A stretch of 33,053 bases of DNA. It comes from an uncultured Pseudomonadota bacterium. GTDB taxonomy: Bacteria > SAR324 > NAC60-12. The position numbers and the translations under genes are program-made. Below are positions 26,953-33,053 of the stretch, one piece after another. A model generated the notes under the pieces. It ran no database searches. It was not told where the DNA came from and saw only the letters and a program-made list of their open reading frames with translations. The stretch covers positions 1-33,053 of the forward strand of contig CAJXNF010000003.1 of NCBI GenBank assembly GCA_913056375.1. Direction: 5' to 3'. The first letter of the stretch is position 1; each line of letters starts with the position of its first letter.

Positions 26953-28410
26953 TCAGAGCAGAGACCTCACGGACTCGTTGATGAGTAGGAGAAAGTCATC
27001 AGGGAAGATCCCCAAGTACAGCGTAGCGAAGACGGTCAAACCAACTCCGAAAGAAGCCAGTCGTGGTGGAGTTTCTACAACTGTAGAGGTTTCTTCGCCT
27101 GCCTTCAGATACATGCAGGCGATGACTCGCAGGTAATAGTAAACCGAAAGTGCACTGTTGAGAACCGCAACGACTGTCAGTAGAATCCAATCGGCTTCCA
27201 GTGCAGCTCCGAAGATCCGTAGTTTCCCAACAAACCCACCCGTCAGGGGCAGGCCGATCAGCGAGAGCATCATCAAGCTCATACCCAGAGCAAGCATCGG
27301 GTTGGTTCGCGCATAACCGTGCAGGTCTTCGTAAGTCTCCAGAATCCGTCCACGATTGCGAATAGCCAGAATGCCAAAAGCACCAGTGCTAACCACAGCA
27401 TAAGCCAGCGCGTAAAAGAGAACGCTACCAATCGCAGCAGTTGTGCCTACAGCAATGGCTACCATCATGTACCCGGCATGTGCAATAGAAGAATAAGCCA
27501 GCATGCGTTTCACGTTTTGTTGCTGCAAGGCAACCAGATTGCCGATGGTCATCGTGAGCATGGCAAGCCAACCAAGGATGGTTTCCCAGCCCTCAACTTG
27601 CTCCAAGGGAATTCCAACCAGCAAAATTCGGATCATGATTGCAAATCCTGCTGCTTTGGCAGCCGCAGACATGAACCCAGTGACTGGTGTTGGTGCGCCA
27701 CTGTAGACATCCGGTGTCCACATGTGGAAAGGAACGATCGCCACCTTGAAACTCAGGCCGATAGTCAGCAGTGCAATACCTGCAAGAGCCAGCGGAGTCT
27801 CCACAGCCCCCAGGCGTAGTTGCTGCAGCATGTCCGGAAGATAGGTACTTCCGGTTGCGCCATAAAGCAGTGAGATACCGTACAGCAGAAATCCGGTGGA
27901 GAAAGCGCCCAACAGCAGGTACTTTAGTGCAGCCTCACCTGATTCAGGCACCTTGCGTTTCATGCCAACCAGGATGTAGCTGGAAATCGACATGATTTCG
28001 AGCCCGATGAAGATCACCAGCAACTCGAGACTTGAAGACATCAGCATCATCCCAATCAACGCACTCAACAGCAGGATGTAGTATTCACCGAAGTTCATCT
28101 CGTTCTCGGTGATATAGTGCCGTGAGAGTAGGATGGTCATCAGTCCGATCAACAGATACACCAATTCCAGCAAGATCGAGAAATTATCTGCTACCACAGT
28201 GCCATAAAAACCTGTGTAACCAGCGCCGTACAACTGCAACTCAGCAAGCATGGTCAGCACGATTCCTCCCAGCGAAACGCTGACGAGTACGTCGTTGCGG
28301 CGGTTGGACGGAACAAAGAGATCCGCCAACATCGCCACCACCAAGGTCAGAAATAGGATCAGTTCCGGAATCAGTGGCAGTAAATCGACCAGTGAGATGA
28401 AGTTGGGCAT
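26953..28410 (-). CDS. nuoN: NADH-quinone oxidoreductase subunit N
   Basis: [58 protein letters not shown]. Start probably ATG 28410. Confidence 0.92.
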   Translation of the reverse strand: MPNFISLVDLLPLIPELILFLTLVVAMLADLFVPSNRRNDVLVSVSLGGIVLTMLAELQLYGAGYTGFYGTVVADNFSILLELVYLLIGLMTILLSRHYITENEMNFGEYYILLLSALIGMMLMSSSLELLVIFIGLEIMSISSYILVGMKRKVPESGEAALKYLLLGAFSTGFLLYGISLLYGATGSTYLPDMLQQLRLGAVETPLALAGIALLTIGLSFKVAIVPFHMWTPDVYSGAPTPVTGFMSAAAKAAGFAIMIRILLVGIPLEQVEGWETILGWLAMLTMTIGNLVALQQQNVKRMLAYSSIAHAGYMMVAIAVGTTAAIGSVLFYALAYAVVSTGAFGILAIRNRGRILETYEDLHGYARTNPMLALGMSLMMLSLIGLPLTGGFVGKLRIFGAALEADWILLTVVAVLNSALSVYYYLRVIACMYLKAGEETSTVVETPPRLASFGVGLTVFATLYLGIFPDDFLLLINESVRSLL

Positions 28411-28585
28411 GCGAGGCTCTACCTGGGATTGGATAGCGAACAAAAATGTGCAAAACGGCACGAATATGTAAAGGAAGCACTGAAAAGACAAGTCACAAAC
28501 GGGAATCATTCAACATTTTGCAGGCCTTGGAAAAGGCAAAAATACTACTCATATTTCTGATTGAATAAATATACTAAAAATCATT

Positions 28586-29836
28586 ATGCAGTCCAACATC
28601 ATCTCTTCGCCAGAATTGGCCAGTCAGGGTCATCAAAAGATTGAGTGGGTACGACGCAACATGCCGATCCTGAATCAGTTGGAGGATCAATTTGCACAGG
28701 AACGCCCTTTTGCGGGCAAGCGGGTAACGGTTTGTATTCATCTGGAAGCCAAGACCGCCTACCTGGCACTAGTACTTCGAGCCGGTGGGGCGACAGTTTC
28801 CGTCACAGGTAGTAATCCTGAATCAACTAAAGACGATGTGGTGGCCGCACTTGCTGCAGAGGGACTGCATGTTTATGCTCGTCATGGTGCCAGCCCGGAG
28901 GAGATGCGCCGGTACATGAGCATTGCGCTGGAGCTACAACCGCATGTGGTGATTGACGACGGAGGAGATCTAGTCGAGCTACTCCATGAGTCGCAGCGGC
29001 AACATGGAGAGCAGATGCTTGGAGCTTGTGAAGAAACAACTTCTGGAGTACTCCGTGCCAGAGCCCGTGCCAAGGCTGGACAACTACATTTTCCAGTAAT
29101 GCTGGTCAACGATGCACGTTGCAAGTACCTCTTCGATAATGTACACGGCACGGGGCAGTCAGCCTGGGATGCCGTGATGCGCTCCACCAACTTGGTACTG
29201 GCTGGTAAAACAGTGGTGATCATCGGCTACGGCTGGTGCGGGAAAGGATGTGCACTGCGGGCCCAAGGATTAGGTGCAAACGTAGTGGTTTGTGAGGTTG
29301 ATCCGGTCAAGGCTGCTGATGCCATGATGAATGGCTGCCGAGTCTTGCCACTCAGAGAAGCCTGTCCAATCGCTGATGTAGTGTTGACTGTTACCGGAGG
29401 GCGTCATGCCTTGCGCAGGGAACACTTCCCCTTGCTGAAGAACAACGTCCTATTGGCCAATGCTGGTCATTTCTGGGAAGAAATTGATGTGGAGAGCTTG
29501 GCAGAAATGTCGACAGAGCGTCGAGAGTTACGTACCAACATTGAAGGATTCCATCTCTCCAACGGGAATTGGCTGAATCTGTTGGGAGGTGGAAACATCG
29601 TCAATATTGCTTGTGGAGATGGTCACCCAGCGGAAATCATGGACACTAGCTTTGCCTTGCAGGCTCTTTCCGCACGCTATGTGGTGCAGCAGGCGAATAG
29701 GCTGGCCATAGATTGTCATCCGGTACCCACGGAGATTGATGAGCAGGTGGCCCGTTTGAAACTAAAAGCAGCAGGAGTTTCGATTGATACGCTGACCCAA
29801 GAGCAGCAGGATTATCTGGCAAACTGGCAAGTCTGA
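28586..29836 (+). CDS. ahcY: Adenosylhomocysteinase family, short archaeal-like type (SAH/SIH hydrolase)
   Basis: HLEAKT, GSNPEST, DDGGD, EETTSG, KYLFDN, GYGWCGKG, NAGHF, GHPAEIMD. Confidence 0.94.
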   Translation: MQSNIISSPELASQGHQKIEWVRRNMPILNQLEDQFAQERPFAGKRVTVCIHLEAKTAYLALVLRAGGATVSVTGSNPESTKDDVVAALAAEGLHVYARHGASPEEMRRYMSIALELQPHVVIDDGGDLVELLHESQRQHGEQMLGACEETTSGVLRARARAKAGQLHFPVMLVNDARCKYLFDNVHGTGQSAWDAVMRSTNLVLAGKTVVIIGYGWCGKGCALRAQGLGANVVVCEVDPVKAADAMMNGCRVLPLREACPIADVVLTVTGGRHALRREHFPLLKNNVLLANAGHFWEEIDVESLAEMSTERRELRTNIEGFHLSNGNWLNLLGGGNIVNIACGDGHPAEIMDTSFALQALSARYVVQQANRLAIDCHPVPTEIDEQVARLKLKAAGVSIDTLTQEQQDYLANWQV

Positions 29837-29843
29837 GCAATTC

Positions 29844-31166
29844 ATGAAGCTACTGATACGACAAACCACCCTGGTCACCGTCAATGAGAAAGACGAGGTG
29901 TTGGAACAGGCCGACCTAGCGATTGTCGATGATAAAATCGCTGCGATTGGTGAAATCCCAGAAGGCTTTGTACCTGACCGAATTCTTGAAGGACAAGACC
30001 GCATCGTGCTGCCTGGGTTGATCAATAGCCACACGCATTTGTCGATGACGCTGATGCGCAATTATGCAGACGATCTGGACTTCTGGCCCTGGTTGATGGA
30101 ACGGATCAAGCCGCTGGAAGATCACCTGACTCTAGAGGACGTACGAATCGGTGCCCGTCTGGGTCTGGCAGAATTGATCAGAGGTGGGACAACCTGTTTT
30201 CATGATATGTATTTCCATATGGATCAGGTTGCTGAAGAGGTGGAAGCTGCTGGTATAAGAGCCTGCCTCTGTGAAACATTGTTTGATAATGCTGGTCAGG
30301 GCGAACAAATGCTCCATGATGCGGTTGAACTGCATCAACACTGGGATGGCCAAGCAGAAGGCCGGATCCGTGTTGCAATGGCCCCTCACTCAATCTATCT
30401 CTGCAGTCCGGGTTACTTGCGTGAAATTCTGCAGGAATCCTTGCGGCTACAATGTGGATGGCACACGCATCTCTGTGAAACAGAGCAAGAGGTGGAAAAC
30501 TGTCGACAGCAGCATGGCAAAACCCCTGTGCAATTATTGGCTGATCTTGATTGCTTTGAGGTTCCCGTAGTAGCGGCTCATGGAATCTATGTTGATGAGC
30601 AGGATCAGTACTTGTTACGGGAAGGAAAGGTGAGCATTGCCCACAATCCGAGCAGTAACCTCAAGCTCGCCAATGGCATTGCTCCCATCCAGTCTCTGCT
30701 ACATCAGGGAGTAAATGTTTGCTTGGGAACGGATGGAGCCGCCAGCAATAACAATCTCAACCTGTTTGAGGAAATGCACTTGGCAGCCTTGCTCCAGAAG
30801 TGGAAAAATCACGATGCTCAGGCTCTCCCTGCTTCAGAGGTCCTAAGAATGGCTACGATTCGCGGTGCTCAGGCCTTGGGATTAGGTCACCAGATCGGAT
30901 CACTGGAAGTTGGCAAGCAGGCCGACCTGATCATGATCAACACATCCCAACCGCATCTGGCTCCACGCCATGACCCGATTGCGCTGCTTGTCTACTCTGC
31001 TCAGGCCTCAGATGTCTGCACGGTCATGGTCAATGGGAAGATCCTGCTTGAAGATCATGTCTTGCAAACCCTAGATCAATCCTCCTTGCTGGAACAGGCC
31101 TCTCAGCAAACCCAACAATTGCTCCAACGAGCACAGGCTCACAAGCCAAAGTCTACACTGCTGTAG
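29844..31166 (+). CDS. mtaD: 5'-methylthioadenosine/S-adenosylhomocysteine deaminase (amidohydrolase)
   Basis: PGLINSHTH, APHSIY, HTHLCET, HNPSSNLKL, GTDGAASNNNL, GSLEVGKQAD. Starts 7 nt after ahcY. Confidence 0.85.
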   Translation: MKLLIRQTTLVTVNEKDEVLEQADLAIVDDKIAAIGEIPEGFVPDRILEGQDRIVLPGLINSHTHLSMTLMRNYADDLDFWPWLMERIKPLEDHLTLEDVRIGARLGLAELIRGGTTCFHDMYFHMDQVAEEVEAAGIRACLCETLFDNAGQGEQMLHDAVELHQHWDGQAEGRIRVAMAPHSIYLCSPGYLREILQESLRLQCGWHTHLCETEQEVENCRQQHGKTPVQLLADLDCFEVPVVAAHGIYVDEQDQYLLREGKVSIAHNPSSNLKLANGIAPIQSLLHQGVNVCLGTDGAASNNNLNLFEEMHLAALLQKWKNHDAQALPASEVLRMATIRGAQALGLGHQIGSLEVGKQADLIMINTSQPHLAPRHDPIALLVYSAQASDVCTVMVNGKILLEDHVLQTLDQSSLLEQASQQTQQLLQRAQAHKPKSTLL

Positions 31167-31256
31167 CGCAGTACGTTCGCGTTTCCTAGGCATCGCAAGG
31201 GGCTCTGAGCAAGAGCTTCTTCCTTCTCCTTTCCAACATTTTTTGGCTGTTTCGGG

Positions 31257-33053
31257 ATGGAAATTCCGCTGTTGCGAGATCTTGTGATCATTTTCAGTCT
31301 GTCGGTGGTGGTAATCTACGGCTGCCGACAGGTGAAGTTACCGATTCTGGTAGGTTTACTGGTTACCGGGATGCTGGTTGGTCCCAGAAGCTTCGGGTTG
31401 ATTCACGAGGTACATCTGGTCGAAGTGATGGCAGAGATTGGTGTCATCCTGCTGCTTTTCTCAATCGGAATTGAGTTCTCCCTGAAGAAGCTCTGGCAGA
31501 TTCGCACACTCGTCCTGGTCGGTGGGACCCTACAAGTCGGCCTGACGATGTTGGGAACTTTTGCTGTGACGCACTACCTGCTGGGATGGGCAACCACACA
31601 GGCTTGGTTTCTTGGAATGCTGTTATCGTTGTCTAGCACCGCTATTGTGCTCAAGCTTTACCAGGAACGCGGAGAGATGGAGACAATGCAGGGGCGCCTA
31701 GCCCTGGGAGTTCTCATTTTTCAGGATATTGCGGCGGTGCTGATGATTCTGGCGACCCCAATGTTGGGAGGAGAAGTTCTCGACACCTCGAGCCTTGATG
31801 TGTTTCGCCTTGTGTTGATTGGTCTTGGTCTACCGTTATTCATCTGGCTGGGATCTCAGTACGTTCTCCCCTGGATGTTGCACCGGGTGGTCAGTACCCG
31901 CAGTCCGGAATTGTTCCTATTGAGCATTGTCAGCATCTGCTTTGCGGTAGCCTGGGGGTTTTCGCAGGTCGGTATTTCCTTGGCGCTGGGTGCATTTTTG
32001 GCGGGTTTGGTGATTTCTGAGTCCGAGTACAGCCATGAAGCCTTTGAGCACGTGTTGCCGTTCCGGGAGATTTTCACCAGCATTTTCTTTGTTTCCGCCG
32101 GCATGCTGCTGGATATTGGTTATCTCTGGGAACATCTTGTGCTGGTGCTGGCTGTCTTGCTGGCTGTCTTAGTCTTCAAGTTGTTCATACTTTTGGGGGT
32201 AGCGATTGTACTGGGAATGCCGCTTCGCACAGCTTGGATTGCAGGATTTAGTTTGTGTCAGGTGGGTGAATTTGCCTTTGTGCTCAACACAACGGGTAGC
32301 CGCTTCCAGTTGTTGAGTCCGGACAATGAACAACTCTTCCTGACTGTGATCGTCCTGACGATGATGCTCACCTCTTTCCTGATTGCTGGAGCACCTCAAT
32401 TGACGCAGTCCCTACTGCACCTGCCCTGGCCTCGACGTTTGCGAGCTGGGCTTTACAAGGGCTTGCGTCTACAGATTCGTTCTTCTCGCTATGATCTGCA
32501 GGATCACCTAGTGATTGTTGGTTATGGCATCAATGGGCGCAACGTGGCTCGAGCTGCCAAACGAGCACAGGTACCCTACGTGGTGTTGGAAACTAACCCC
32601 GATACGGTTCGTAGTGAGCAGGCCCTGGGTGAGCCATTGGTCTATGGTGATGCTACTCAGAAAGCGGTGTTGAACCGAGTAGGAATTCGGCAGGCAAGAA
32701 CGGTTGTGGTAGTGATTGCAGAAGCGACGGCAACTCGACGGATCGTTTCAGCAGTCAGAGAACTCAATCCCAGTGTTTACCTGATTGCTCGAACTCGTTA
32801 TGTGCGCGAGGTGGAAGAACTACGCCGCCTGGGCGCCAATGAGGTTGTTCCTGAAGAATTTGAAACAGCGCTGGAGATCTTTGATCGAGTGTTGACGCAG
32901 TACCTCGTACCTCGTCCAGAGATCGATCATCTTGTCGAGGAAATGCGCTCTGGGAATTATGACCTATTGCGTCAGGAAGCTCTTCCTGAAACCACTGAGG
33001 TTTCCCAGGAACCCAACCTTCATCCAGAAATTCAAGTAACGACCTTGCTGCTG
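31257..33053 (+). CDS. CPA2-family cation/H+ antiporter with TrkA-N (KTN) domain, KefC/YbaL-like (3' truncated)
   Basis: Not in the ORF track; hand translation MEIPLLRDLVIIFSLSVVV...AEIGVILLLFSIGIEFS...SLSSTAIV...IFQD...QVGEF...HLVIVGYGING. Appears open to the window end. Confidence 0.93.
   Translation, partial: MEIPLLRDLVIIFSLSVVVIYGCRQVKLPILVGLLVTGMLVGPRSFGLIHEVHLVEVMAEIGVILLLFSIGIEFSLKKLWQIRTLVLVGGTLQVGLTMLGTFAVTHYLLGWATTQAWFLGMLLSLSSTAIVLKLYQERGEMETMQGRLALGVLIFQDIAAVLMILATPMLGGEVLDTSSLDVFRLVLIGLGLPLFIWLGSQYVLPWMLHRVVSTRSPELFLLSIVSICFAVAWGFSQVGISLALGAFLAGLVISESEYSHEAFEHVLPFREIFTSIFFVSAGMLLDIGYLWEHLVLVLAVLLAVLVFKLFILLGVAIVLGMPLRTAWIAGFSLCQVGEFAFVLNTTGSRFQLLSPDNEQLFLTVIVLTMMLTSFLIAGAPQLTQSLLHLPWPRRLRAGLYKGLRLQIRSSRYDLQDHLVIVGYGINGRNVARAAKRAQVPYVVLETNPDTVRSEQALGEPLVYGDATQKAVLNRVGIRQARTVVVVIAEATATRRIVSAVRELNPSVYLIARTRYVREVEELRRLGANEVVPEEFETALEIFDRVLTQYLVPRPEIDHLVEEMRSGNYDLLRQEALPETTEVSQEPNLHPEIQVTTLLL

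Overview
A gene-dense bacterial chromosomal window of roughly 50% GC by eye. Protein style and gene content suggest a marine deltaproteobacteria-like lineage such as SAR324; this is inference, since no marker RNA gene is present. I recognised no rRNA, tRNA, CRISPR array, integrase or transposase. From left to right: a truncated PCu(A)C copper chaperone preceded by a membrane-targeted leader ORF ending in RAPP; umuDC; sodB; a K+-dependent membrane pyrophosphatase with plant-type signature; a PAS hybrid kinase; nnrE/D; a pseudo-receiver; pyrG with an LptA-like and an FKBP gene; an AT-rich islet (H-NS-like fragment, an uncalled 53-aa ORF, a cysteine-hydrolase-like gene); a lapA-like gene; an 11-kb minus-strand run (orphan nuoN, type IV pilin, lipoprotein, FlgT-N-like protein, lpdA, exported TPR-CHAT protease, alpha/beta hydrolase); ahcY plus mtaD; and a truncated CPA2 antiporter. 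The best leads are the nuoN-pilin-CHAT run, the RAPP arrest-peptide copper switch, a 61-aa helical module shared by two unrelated envelope proteins, and a probable S-inosylhomocysteine route.
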